Positions 47,575 through 61,036 of a stretch of DNA of 64,000 nucleotides are shown here, one piece after another (the first letter of the stretch is position 1; every line of letters begins with the position of its first letter). The translations under genes and the position numbers were made by a program. The notes under the pieces are model-generated. The model was not told the DNA's origin. It worked only from the letters and a program-made list of their open reading frames with translations, and did not search any database. The stretch is from Euglena gracilis (taxonomy: Eukaryota): contig CP154954.1 in assembly GCA_039621445.1 (NCBI GenBank), forward strand, positions 13,868,387 through 13,932,386. The letters run 5' to 3'.

Positions 47575-48410
47575 CCACAAACGCCGCGGCAAAAAAGATC
47601 TGTTCAACCGCCGCAGAAATGAAATCTCGGTCCCGCAGCGTGAGCGCCGTGGCACACTAACTTCAAGTCCAGCATCGTCGTTATCGGAGGAGGGGACAAC
47701 CAAGCCACACCCGGAGCGGATGAGGAGTGCGCAGAAACAGAAGCCAGATTTCAACTGCAATTGTGGTGCGTATTGGCTCCTTCACATCTGTAGTGCTGGT
47801 GCGCCTGCTGGCATTGTACCTTTCACCACACTGCATCATTTGATGACAGGATACACCAACACATGCATCCATGTTCACGCACACAAACACGCACGGACGC
47901 ACCAACACCCAGACACGAACGTCGTTCTTGTTCTGTCCTTGGTTGACTGCCGTCACTAGGGGCCTACAGGCTCTGCAATGGATTGAAAGGCACCGCGTTC
48001 CCCAGAACCGCAGCGTATTATTTCGTGTCTGCATCCGCACCCTGCAGGGATCTTTTTTTCTTCTTTTTTTTTCATTTCCCCCTTTTTTGGACATAAGTAA
48101 ATGCATACATTCGCATGCATGCATACATGCAAACATATACATGCATGCATTCATAGATGCATACATGCATGTATGCACACATACATGTATAAACACGTGC
48201 AGGGAATACTGGTGTTCATATGTGTCTTCTGCCAAATTTATGGTCCATGAGTGTGTGATCAATGTTTTCACATTGTAAACTGTGTGCGGCCCCTTTTTAC
48301 AATGACTGGTCTAGTTCTGCCACGTCCGTTCCTCGGAGTTCTCCCAAACTCCGATTTCTTTCCTCCCCATTGCACAGTCCTCTTTTGCTCGACTTTCTTG
48401 TTCGCCACGT

Positions 48411-48837
48411 TAAACCCCCCCCCCAAATAATACCCCCCCCCCAAATAATCCCCCCCCCCCCAAATAATACCCCCTCCCCCTCGGGGTCCGACTTCGGCCG
48501 CAGAAATAATACCCCCCCCCCCTGTTCCGGGCCGAAGGCCCGGATTTTTGACCTGAAAATGTCGGTAAAAACCACAATCTCTGACAACAAATTACGAAAA
48601 AAATCAAATTTTCTGGCTCATCTGACCTCCATAAAATGGTAAATTTCACAAGAAAGTGCAAAAAATGACCCCAAAGGAGATTTTGGGTGCTATTTTGGGT
48701 TTTACGGGACTTCGAAAAATTTCGAAAATTTTGGAAAAATAATACCCCCCCCCCCAAATAATACCCCCCCCCCCTCGGGCCGGGACTTCGGGCGAAAAAA
48801 TAATACCCCGGGGGGGTATTATTTGGGGGGGGTTTAC
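48411..48837. mobile_element. MITE (aaataataccccc family), copy 1
   Basis: TIR taaaccccccc-aaataataccccc / ggggtattatttggggggggttta. An inverted copy lies at 54548-54957. Confidence 0.8.
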
Positions 48838-49269
48838 CAAAATCCTTTAGGAGGAACCTAATCTTCCTAAGCCAATGAATGCTCAGTGGGCACAATGGTG
48901 TCAATGCCTGCCAATGCCAACCAATGTTTACAGTGGAATGTCGAATTTTGGCAGAAGGTTCACGTTTGAAGCGCCAAAAAGGAACACCAATGCGGATGTG
49001 ATTGCTCATTTGGGTTACCTCTGTTTTGTTTTGTTTTTCCTCCACCCCAGACACAATAAAATGAACCGAAAAAGTGGGCTGCCTTTTTGAATTTTTTGTT
49101 CCCCCCTCCACACACAACCGTTCGCCAGAATAACTGCAACCAGCTGCGGCGTGGCTGGTGAATGTGGCCCCTCCCCCCGAGCTTTCTCTGTGGCTTTTCT
49201 CCACCTGGCAGATGCTCTGCAAATGACATTTTTTGTTGTCCCCTTGTGTAAGTGTTTACATAAGAATAC

Positions 49270-49789
49270 ATTTATTGTATTTTATTGTATTTTGAGTTAA
49301 TTGAATTGGCATATGGTCACATTAAAAGGTTATTATAAAAATCATATTTGACGTACAGTACACTATTGTATTTCAATTATATATTATATTTGAATAATGT
49401 TTATTGTATCACATTTTATATATTTATGATTTTATATTCACACGTTACGCTTTGTATTTTGCATTTTATTTTTGATTTTTGTATTTGTATTATATTGATG
49501 TTCATATTTACATTTATAGTATATTATTTGTTTTATTTTTTTATTCATATTTACATTTACATTTACATTTACGTTTTTACATGTACGTTTATGTTTACAT
49601 AATGTGTATATGCATATGTATATTTATTTGCATTTATATTCATTGTATTTTATATATAAATTGTATATTGTATATTTATAACATATTGTTATATTATATA
49701 TTTGAAAATGCAATATATATTTATGTTTGTATTTATATTCGGTATTTTTATGTATTACATATTATTTATTTATTTATTTGTTTGGTTGT

Positions 49790-49868
<79 letters not shown>

Positions 49869-50223
49869 TTTGTTTATTTGTATATTCATTCATGCATTCA
49901 TTCATTCATTCAGTCATTCATTCATTCATTCATTCATTCATTCATTCATTTATACATTGATTGATTGATTCATTCATTCATTCATTCATGCATTCATGCA
50001 TTCATTCATTCATTCATGCATTCATTCATTCATTCATTCAGCCAGTCAGTCATTCATTCATTCATTCATTCATTCGTTCATTCATTCATTCATTCATTCA
50101 TTCATGCATGCATGCATTGATTCATTCGTTCATTCATTTATTTACACATTCATTCATTCATTCATTCATTCATTCATGCATTATTTATTTATTTATTTTT
50201 TATTTATTTATCTATTTATCTAT

Positions 50224-50270
<47 letters not shown>

Positions 50271-50610
50271 TTATTTATTTATTCACCATTGTTATGTTAT
50301 ATTTTTCATCATTATTATATTATATTTTTTATTTGTTTTTATAGGTTTTTATTTGTATATTTATATTTACTCTGTTATTTAACATAACTGCACATTGTAT
50401 ATTTTTAACTATCCATCTGTATTTGTATTTGTATTTGTATTTTGTATTTATGGTTGTATTTATAATTCATTGTTATACTATTATTATTTTATAATATATC
50501 CTGCTGTTTTATACTGCAATATTATTACAAAAATATTGTTATATTTTTGATTTGTATTTGTATTTGTATTTGTATTTGTATTTGTATTTGTATCTGTATT
50601 TGTATATTAT
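49270..50610. repeat. AT-rich low-complexity block with (TTTA)n, (TTCA)n and (TTTGTA)n
   Basis: Direct reading. Confidence 0.95.
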
Positions 50611-52799
50611 GAATGGCTTTGGAATGCTCCATCTCGTTGTCCCCATGGTTTACGAATGTCCCACTTGCTTCTTCATTTTCTTTTTTCAATTATCATTTTT
50701 GGAAAGGCAATATCATTCTGTTTTCCTTTACTCACCCCTCCCACTTTCAGATCATGGCCTGCTTCTGTATCATGCTTGGAAAATGCTGCTTTCTTTTCTC
50801 TGCTCCCTTCCCTATCCTCGGATCTGCCTTCAATTCACTTGGATTTGGCCTGCCCCCACATTGTTACCTTTATGCCCCCCCCTATCGAACCCTCCTGCTT
50901 CTTGACTGCCCTTTTAAAAGCTATTTTCCAGGGAGATTTTTTTTTTAGTTTTGTGGTGTATTAACCCCTTGTCCAACGACCATTAATGTTCGTCTCTGAC
51001 TGGGGGTCGTTAGACAAAGGGAATGGACCCCAGGACGACAAAAAAAATTGGATACAGCTGGGGTATGTGACGATTTTGGGCGGTATTGGGCACCTTTGGC
51101 ACCACATTTTTTTGAATGTCATTTTTGACCGTTTTTTTTTTGCCATTTTGGCCGATTCTTAGCAACTTTCAGCCATTTGTCACAATCTTGCCAAAAAAGT
51201 GGTGTGAAACAGGCCAATAGCTACCAAAGTGGCCACAAATTATCCAAAGTGGCTGAAATTAGTTTAGGTGGGCAAGGCATTTTTCAGCCATTTTATGTTT
51301 ATCATCCCAGATTGCAAAAAAAAAACCGCTTCTCTGAAACATGCAAAAAGTGAGTTAAATTACACAAATCTTCCCGCAACCACTGAACCAACATCACATA
51401 CCAAAACATTACACTTGATCAGGGGACAGGCGATTTGCTGTTTCTTCTGGCCTGGCCAACACACTGTCAATTCACACGTCTTTGTGCTTGTGCATTTGGT
51501 AAACCCCCAAAATAAGTCCCGGACCGATCAACAAAAATCCAGAAATAAGACTTCTCCCCTGACGCCGCAAAGCGACAGAGACGGCTTCCCTGAAGAATTA
51601 TCAAAAACCAACTTTTAGACACAAGGATAAAGATCCAAGAAATTTGGTTTTTGAAGGCCAAAAACTTGCCAAATTATGTATTTAGCACTAAACATATGAC
51701 GTGAAGCGCAGAGAGAAGGAAGAGTTTGAAACTTGAAAAATGATGATTTTTGGGCCGAGTCAAGAAAAGCGCAAGAATAAGGTCTGGAGGTTTCCAGCAA
51801 CAGACCCAAAATACAAGGCCCAGGTCGCATTTAGGGGGGAGGTCAAGACTACCAAAGTGAAACCCTGGGTCCACGTATTTTTGGTATGTTGCTAAAAATC
51901 TCAAGGGTCTTTTATCTTTGGGGTCCACTGTTTTGGAATTTTTTGAAAGAACCTTCTGCAAAAAGCATTCCTGCAAAAGCAGGATTTTTGACAATGATTT
52001 GGGATGAGCAAATATTATCCCAAAAATTGGACAGTTTCAGCAAATGAAAATGGGTTGAAGGAAGACACAGACATTTGAAAAATCATCCATTCCGGGGCAT
52101 TTTCACAAGTTTGGGGTGAGTTACATTTTATTTAGCCAAGGGATGTTGTTATTGCTTTGTGAACAACTATTTTTACATTAATTTTGGGGGGGCATCCTTT
52201 GGGGGGTTATTCAACAGCTTTGGACCTGATTTGCTTTGCTTTCCTCCGCCAGCCTTCTCACCTTGCTGTGGTGGCTTCTTGTCAAGGTTGCACCCTACCG
52301 AGGGGGCGTTGGGGGCAACCGGGGGAGGCTGCTGTTGGGGGGTGGCCCACGCCAGGGAGCCTTGTCATCAGTCGAGCCGAAGCTTTCCGTCACGAAATGC
52401 TGGGAATTTTTTTTAAAAGAAATGCCAAAAGATGATGGAAGGGTGGTTTTTAAGGTTTTTTTCTTCAAAAGTACCCCTTTTTGGCCAAAACCCCCATGTT
52501 GAAACTGGCAACAGGCACAGAAAAGGTCAAGAAAGATGATAATTGGGGGTTTGTGGCATTTTCACACAAACACAAACAGACCAAGCAAACACAAACAGCC
52601 CAAGGGTTTTTCTTGTGACCCCCCAGGTCCAGGGTCCAGGGGATCCTGGGTTGTTTAACCTGCTGCCCCTGCCCTCGCTGGAGCTGGGCCGGGCCAATGG
52701 TTAGTCCGGACCAGCCAAAACAGCTGAAATTGCCGTTTTTGTTTTTGCCAATTTGGGTGGTTTGGGGTGGGGCGGGTTGACCCACAACCTAGTGTACAA

Positions 52800-52980
<181 letters not shown>

Positions 52981-53022
52981 TGCATGTGTGAAAAGGGGTT
53001 TTATGGACAAGATTGAAGAGGA

Positions 53023-53394
53023 CTACCGAACTGAATTTATGCTCTGCTTGCTCGACACCTCCTTGGCGATGCCAACTTTGGCACTGCGAGCAAGGGTCGT
53101 GCTCTGTGGAGTGTTCATGGTCAGCTGGCAACGGGTGGCGTCACGTCTGACGCCAATCGCTCAGCCCGTTTTTGGAGGTGGAAACGGCGGAGGAGGGGGG
53201 GGGGCTCACCTTGTCGAGGCCTGAATTTCAAGGGGAGGTGCGGGCCGAAGGAACTTCTATTCTTAACCCTCCCCGTCCCCACCCCCCCAGGGCTGGGTGG
53301 GAAGACCCCCCAGGGCCTTACGCAGGTGTCTGATTGCACCAACCAACGTTTGATGTCTATATAACTGTCTGTCTGTCTGTCTGCCTGTCTGTCC

Positions 53395-53449
<55 letters not shown>

Positions 53450-56400
53450 CTGAAAATACTAAATGAAATGAAGATGATTGTTTGCATCATCCAACGACCT
53501 GGTTGTTTCGCCTCCCCCGTACCCCGATTAGAGGGGAAGCACCTTTTGCTCTGTCTGGACACTGATTTTTTGGTTGGTTTTGGTTGTGTTGCAAGGGAAC
53601 AGGTAAAATGAATGTTGAACACATACAACAGATATTGTGCGATAAATTTTGTTTCAAGAGGAGGTAAAATCGTTCTGAAGAGGGCACCTCTTGACTCCCG
53701 CCTTTGGTTAGTTTAGTTGGAGCCCCTTGCTTCGGAAGGGGAAAACAGATCACTGCCGTCCTAAGCCGGAGGAGATCCTAACCTGGGGGGCGGGGGCTTC
53801 CAGCAGCCAGCAGTTTTTTTCCCTGTCAGCAATTCCCAACTGGGCTGCATACTTTCAACGAGGGCCGGCAGAAACAAGGTTGCGGCCACCCCAGCCCAGT
53901 TGAGTGCTAAACTTTAGGACCGAGAGATCGCAAAATGGCCAAAGGGAGCCCATCCTGGACCACACAATCACTTAGTCACAGGCCTACCCCCCCCCCCCCG
54001 GGCAACTCACTGGTTTTTTTTTTTCAGAGTGACTGACTGGTTTTTGGCCCGGACCCCCCCCCCCTCCAGGAGGGGGAGTCGGCCAGGGGTGGGCAAAAGT
54101 GGCTTGAGTGACCCGGACGGCAGCCGGGTAAACTTATTTGGCCTAAAATGGCCTAAAGTGACTGGAAAGTGGCCAGCTTTCCTGAGTGGCTCCGGGGGGG
54201 GGGGGATGGTGACTGACTGGTTTCCCAAAAAAAGTGACTGACTTTTTTCGAAGATTGGAGTGGCCTCCCCTCCGGGGGTCGGTCAAAAATTGTGAGTCCT
54301 GGACCCCCACCTCCCCCTCCCCCCGTTGGGGCTCCAGTGCCCTTTTTCCCCAACCAACATTTTTTTCCTGCCGCTCAACCCCCGAGCCGCTCCATTCGCT
54401 TTTCCAAATGCGGCCCACCGGAGAGAAGGCGGCGGGCCCCGGGCGCCGGGCGCCGCGGCCGGCACTACCCCGCAGTGAACCACCGCCGGCGTAAACCAGG
54501 CCAGGCAGTCATGTGGGATGGCTTCAAGAAAATCGCGAAAGGCAACTAACCCCCCCCAAATAATACCCCCCCCCCGGGATAATTATTTTTTCTTTATTTT
54601 TTTGCCCCAAGTCCCGACCCGAGGGGGGGGTATTATTTGGGGGGGTATTATTTCCCCAAAATTCTCGAAATTTATTTGAAGTCCTGTAGGAGCCAAAATA
54701 TCACCAAAACCCCCTTTAGGGTCATTTTTTGTACTTTCTTCTGAAATTTACCATTTTTTAGAGGTCAGATGATCCAGAAAAATTGATTTTCATCGTAATT
54801 TTTTGTCCGAAATTGTAATTTTTACCTACGTTTTCAGGTCAAGGTCAAATCCGGGCCTTCGGCCCGAAACCGGGGGGGGGGGTATTATTTCGGTCACCGA
54901 AGTCACACCCCGAGGGGGGTATTATTTGGGGGGGGGTATTATTTGGGGGGAGGGTTCACTCAAAAAAAATCAAAGGTCAAGTTTAGTACCCCCCCCTAGG
55001 GGGGGTGTTAAACTTGACACCGGGTTGGGCACAGGGTATACACCTGGGTTAGTGGAGGGTGGGTTGGGGGTTAGGGTTAGGGTTAGGACCGGCCGGCCTG
55101 AGGTCGTCGGCCGCGCGCATGCGACGCCGCACAACCTACCCTGCGCATGTGGGCCCAACTGCCTTGACTGCCCACACCGCAAATCGCGGCACCGGTCCCT
55201 TTTGGAGTCACTCACTCCCAAGGCAAAGGGAGGGCGAAGTCCCTTATGGGGGCCGACCGTTCGGCGGGCTTTATCTTTCTTTCCTGCCTGCCGCCTTTGG
55301 GGTTCGCGCAGCCCGGACCAGCAGGGAGGATGCGCTGTGTCGCGCGCGTCGGCCGACGACCTCAGGCCGGCCGGTCCTAACCCTAACCCTAACCACTAAC
55401 CCCAGGTGTGTCAAGTTTAGTACCCACTAGGGGGGGGGACTAAACTTAACACTTGCCATATGTATGTATTTATACACACACATATGTGTGTGTGTGTTAT
55501 TACGGTATTAATCATGATATATATCATTCATAATAAAGTAATAAACAATGCACCCATTATCACATATGTGCTGTATATTATATGGTAAATAAATGTAATA
55601 ATATAATTACTTGTATCATTACATATCAATGAAAAATGTAATATATGATATATTATTATTATTATAATTATTTGTACTATGATTATACAATGCAATTACT
55701 TATATTTAAAATTATATATTGAATTAATTGTTTTAAGATAATAAATTTACATAACCAAATATATAACTTATAATAGTGAGTAATTATAATGTTAATTAAT
55801 ATATAAATAAGATACATTCTATAATTATGTACCTCCCCCCATCCCCTTGTCTAAGCACCGGAAAAGATGGGTAAGAACTGGGGGGGGGGGTGCTTATTTT
55901 GCCAAAATATGGGTCCGAACCAGGGGGGTGGTGCTTAGACAAGGGGGAAAAATTTGACTGCAAAAAAAATCCGGCGCTTCGCGCCGAAAAGGAAAAACTC
56001 CCCTTATTTTGGAGGTCCACTGTTGAACTTACACACATTTGGATGCAGAAATCAGCAATACCTCACCAAATCAGGTCTCAGAAGTTGCAAAAATTTTGAA
56101 ATTTTTGAGAAATTTCTCTTAAAAATGCACAAAAAATAAACCTCCCCGGGGGGGGGGTGCTTAGACAAGGGTGGTGCTTAGACAAGGGGGGGAGGTATAT
56201 TATAAAATATGGCCAATATGTATAAACTTGTGCCCTCCCAAGGGCAAGGGGTTGATAGGGATATTGAAGTTTTCCCCCTAAATCCATATGCATTTGAAAT
56301 CGAAGATGCAATGAGATGATTTTGATTCCGCACACCGGCAATCCACATTTTTTGGAATAAGTATTTCCCAAAGTTGCAAATTGCAACTTTTCAATCCCTC

Positions 56401-57433
56401 GAAGGTCTCCAATATCAATTTTCCCCCCTTTCCCTGTCTCCTTTTATTGAACTTATATTGAGGATTATTCAGCCGTCCGAGGGCCGTGGTGGTGGAGATG
56501 GAATTTCCTGTTGGTGCACAAAAACGCCACAATTTGGGTTGTCCAGCCAGAGTTTCGCATCTCAAAATCAGAATTTTGCAGAATTGGTGCGCATCTCGTT
56601 TGTTTTAACATTTTTTTCCACTTTGGTGTTCATTTTATCTGGACACCAGTTGAAAATTGCCTTTTTTGAAACCAAAAAAGTGGGACTCCATATGAACGAT
56701 TTAGGGGGGTTATAACACAACTTATTATACTTAATTATAATTAAGACATATAACTCATGTGCCAAAAAATAATTACTTCCAATTTAAATATCAATCTAAA
56801 TATAAAATTTTTAAAAGAAATCACCACCAAATATTGTCAAATATTAACACTTAATTTGCTGTTTTTTTTGTATTTTGTATTTTTGATGTCACAAATTCTA
56901 TGGACCATTAACAATATTGTTTGATATAACAAATTTTAGGGACCATAAAAATTTTTGGTGTCCTGAAGCTCACCTAAAATTTTTTTTGGGCTATGGGTGT
57001 ACCACCTTGGGGTCCGAAAAAATGACCGTCTGAACCGTCCCTGCGACGTCAAGCCAGGCCCTGGAGAGGGGCTCTGTCTTGGGGTGGCAAGCCCCCGGAA
57101 ACCCCTGGCAGGGGGTGGGGCGCTGCCAATGGAAAGGGGGTCAGCGGACCGACAGCAAATGGGCCGTCGGAGGTCAAAGCTCACGTGGCAATGGGTGGGG
57201 CGTTGCCGATCCGCCCGCAACGGCGGCCGCGGCGCCGGGGCCTCGGCCGCCGCGCCGCCCCGCGACCGCTCTGGCGCTGCCGGCGGACTTGGCCTTCGGG
57301 CTTGAGGTGTGGGAACTGGACGGCGTTGAAGTCGGTTTGGACAGCCCGGTTCCGAAGCGGTAAAGATGTGCTGGAGGCGGTCCGACTTGAAAAGTCGCCG
57401 GGAAACGGGGTGATTTGATTCTCACTTGTAAGC
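53023..57433 (-). CDS. 3' end of a hypothetical-protein gene; exons 57426-57433, 57277-57370, 57185-57212, 53210-53220, 53023-53124
   Basis: Joined frame: AYNTSLPLRNRAVQTDFNAVQFPHLKPEGQVRRQ-GSATPHPLP-RLDK-LTMNTPQSTTLARSAKVGIAKEVSSKQSINSVR*. Three GTGAG...CAG introns and one 64-nt stem intron, with all phases consistent. No recognisable domain. Confidence 0.55.
54548..54957. mobile_element. MITE (aaataataccccc family), copy 2, opposite orientation
   Basis: Internal sequence is the diverged reverse complement of 48411-48837 (e.g. gaggtcagatga vs tcatctgacctc). Confidence 0.8.
54971..55455. mobile_element. Inverted-repeat element with TTAGGG repeats and palindromic termini
   Basis: 44-bp perfect IR at 55069-55112 / 55351-55394 containing (ggttag)3. 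CTAG-centred hairpins at 54976-55018 and about 55410-55447. Confidence 0.75.
55830..56197. mobile_element. TA-terminated MITE (cttagacaagg family), copy 1
   Basis: TIR tacctccccc..cttgtctaagcacc / ggtgcttagacaag..gggaggta. Confidence 0.82.
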
Positions 57434-60400
57434 CTGTGGAGGCATAAATACCTCCCCATCCCCAAATGGAAGCGTGGGGCCGATTTTGTTTTGCGCCGGT
57501 GTTGTTTGTTCATTAATTGTTTTTTTATTCATTAAACTTTCAAAATGGATCAAAAACAAAATCTTGGTCTGCAGCCCAAGGATTGCGCTATTTGGAACTC
57601 CCCAGTGAGCTGTTGGGTATTCTCTTCCCAAGTTCAAACAACAGTAGAAATGCTGATGTCGTGGAAGTGTTTGTTGGTACGACCATATTTTTTTGGTGCC
57701 TCTGCACTTTTCTTGCAAGAAAGTGTGTGTTTTTCATCAGTCTTACGAGAGGAGAGTGATGAAGACACATTTCTCAATCTTTGAGTTTTGCAAATGAAAT
57801 CAATGAATGTTGTGAATCATGATTTTCAGTCAACGAACCTTAAATTCTAATGTTGGCTGAGGTGTCACGTTCCCATCCAGTCGTTTTGTGATTTGTGGTT
57901 TTTTTTTCAACTTTTTTGAAGTCCTTTGAATACCAAACAAGTTTTTGATTGTCAAGGGAAAAAAAAACAGAACCTCAAACGAAGTCCTTCGGATGCTCCA
58001 CTTCTGTATACACATTTACATTGGCTTCACAGCCCATCCGCAATGACTGCACCTCACACCGCTCTGATCAACGGCTGGTCTGGTGTTGTGTGGGGGGGGG
58101 TTCACCCCTGGGAATGGGGCTGGTGTTTGACTGCAAAAATAACAGGCACCTTCAGAAACTGAGGAACTCCGCGAAAATGATTTAAAAAGGTTTAGAATGG
58201 TTTAAAGTGGAGACAGTACGAGTCAGAGGCGAGGGTTCAGGGTGGGGTATATTGGGTTAGGGTTGGGAATGAGTTCTGGGAGGGGGTGTTTGGGTAGGTG
58301 GAGGGTAGGGGTCCCAGATTTGCACCATGTCTGGGTTTCCCCTCTTTCTTTGGTGTTCAAGGGGTCGTTGTTTGCCATGGCGTACAGGCCACAATGCTCA
58401 GAAAGGTAAGGTAGCCTCAACTTCTTGGCCTGGGTTTCTGCCATACAAACCAGCCCTGTGCGGACGGGGAAGGTGCGAAATGAAGCAACTTGGGGAGGAT
58501 CCGAGAGCCGATCGGAGGTGCAGCGGCGTGATCATCGCTGACCAGGCTGCCGTCCTTGTCTCTTGTCCTTGTCCTTGTCCCGCCAACGTGACAACGCCAA
58601 TGACTCGCCAACACGAACAAGCCCCCTCCGTTGGCAGTGTCCCCGAGGGTCCCCCCCCCCCCCTCTGAGTTGAACTTTCCAAACACAAGGCAAGGAGTTT
58701 CCGTGCTTATGTGATCACTTGAGGAAATCCTGTTGTCCTCCTTCAAGCTGGTGCCAATCTTCGTGCGCCGTAACTTCAAGATGCCTAAAACTTCTGTTAC
58801 AAACATAAAACTTAAACACAAAGCATTGTTACAAGGTCCTATGTCATGTGTTTCGTTCGAAGGTCCACCAAACAGACGTCTTAGTGACAGTCCTGTCTCC
58901 ACTGTCCCTCACTCACTCACTCGGGAGACAGTTTACAGGCAGAGGCAGGGAAAATTTTCTGGATATTTACAAAAATTAATTGCAATTGAATTCAAAAGTG
59001 TCCTTTTGTTGTGTGTTGTTTCCGTGAGATGGATTTTTTTTCCGTTTTTGAATTTGATGTCTTTTTCGCTAGTCGTTTCCATGTATGCAAACAAACACAA
59101 ATATGCAATCAGGTTTTTTTTTTAAATGGGAGATGACCTAACCCCCAGGGCTGGCAACTTTTTTCCAACCAGCTGGCAATTTTTTCCCGGCCAGCAGCTC
59201 CCAACCAGGCTGTGACCCCCCCCCCCCAGATGTCCACCGAATCAAAGTTGCAAAGTTGGGGCCAGCCTAGCGAAGCCGGGCTGGGCCAAAATAAAATAAG
59301 GCCGAAAAAGAGACTTCAAAAAATGTCTCAAAGAGGAACTTTGAAAGTCAAAAGAAAGGTCAAAAGGGGCTCCAAATGGCATTTTTGTGTGTTTTTGGGG
59401 TTTTCGCCTCAAAATTTTGGGCTTTTTGCCTGTTTTCAGGTTTAGTTGCCAGTCAGCTGGACCCCCCTCCCTCTGAACCACCCCTGGGGGAGGGTACAGC
59501 TAGCACCTTTTTTCAGGCCAGCACCTTTTCCAGTCTGCCCACAGAGCCGGGGGAGCAAACGTTTCCCTTTGCAAACAACAGTTAGTCACTCCCCGCCCCT
59601 GCCTGGGGGAAAGGCAATTTTTGGGATTAATAAACAGGTGAACCTAATCCTGCATCGATTTTTTTCAGGCACTTCTTACCGGAAACATGCATTTCACCCG
59701 AGGATTGAACGGGGATCAGCAAATCCCATCTTTTCCTATACCTTTCTGCAGCAGTTGTCAAGCTTCAGATGCAGAAGGAAAGAGTAATGAAGTGCGATCA
59801 TTTTTTTTTGGGTTTAATTTGGTTCGGCACAGACGAGAAGTTGATGATGTCGGCAGAAGCCCATACCGGGGCTTTTTTGTGTAACTCTTTGCGCTTTCTG
59901 GTAAGACAGTCAGCCGGATAAAAACTGACGGGGTGTGCAGAACGTGTGTTTGCTTGCTCTTGTGTTGTTGTTGTTGTTGTTTTTTTTTCCTTCAGAATCA
60001 CGCCTTTTTTTTCCAGCCCAGGCACCTCTGAAACAGTTGTATTTTTGATAGTCAGTGACAGGATTCTGCTGAAGGGTTCATTGTTCCTGGTCAGTGAAGA
60101 AGAAAAACCTCGAAAACAGGAAATTCACGGAAAATTCATGGAAAATCATGTGAAATCATGGAAAATCGCGAAAAGTCATGGATACAATTTGGTCTCAGCC
60201 AGCACGGAAATGGGAGAAATCCTGCATGTGTGTGCGCGTATACAAATGTGTGCGTACATGGATGGATGGATGGGGGGCTCCAGTATGACGATGAGAAGAT
60301 TTTTACCCAGGACTTTGGACCATCATTTGTCTCTCATTGTGTTCCTGCTGGACGCAGAATATCCCGTATTTGCAGGCAGAAAATGTCTAGTTGTCGCAAA

Positions 60401-61005
60401 AGTCAAAGTTTTTGACACTTCTAAAAGCTTAAAAGAGCTTAAGCTATTTGCACAAGAAGAACATTGGAATCTCATGCATACGAAAAAAGATTAGTTAAAA
60501 AATTAGCAGAACAGAAGAATAGAACAAAGGATTTGTGGATGTGAGAGCCGTTTGGGCCAGAAAAAAAAAAGACAGGCCGAAAACCTACCTGGGCAGGCCA
60601 CGCATCGCAACGGCGGTCAAGATGGGGACGAGGCGCACATGTAGACCATCAACGTGGGCACCCCTGCCTGAGCGGTCAGCCGGACCAGGGAGTGGGGGGG
60701 GGGGGCAGGGAGGTGGTTCCAAACCTGCTTCCAGGCTGTACCCGACTGCAGGCAAGGCCGAAATCCAGCTGGGGTGCATTTTTCAGCTGGTCTTCCCCTC
60801 ATGGTTTAACCCACAAACGTGGGAGGTTTCCACCTTTCATGCAACCACCCCAAATGGCACATGCCCCTCAAGACACAATGTTGAGAACAAAAGTCAAAGG
60901 CCATTGCCTTTTGAATGTATGATATCAAAACACACACATGCACGCACGCACGCACGGACGGACGCACGCACGCACGCACGCAGGCACGCACGCACGCACA
61001 CACAG

Positions 61006-61036
<31 letters not shown>

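Noticed and set aside
46860-47760. Possible additional minus-strand exons (e.g. LKVVRKENQGRYCLIRGG, SSDNDDAGLEVSVPRR)
   Set aside because: I could not establish consistent junctions or any recognisable domain.
55041-55408. True telomere or chromosome-fusion site
   Set aside because: There are only about three TTAGGG units per side, embedded in a structured inverted element within a putative intron.
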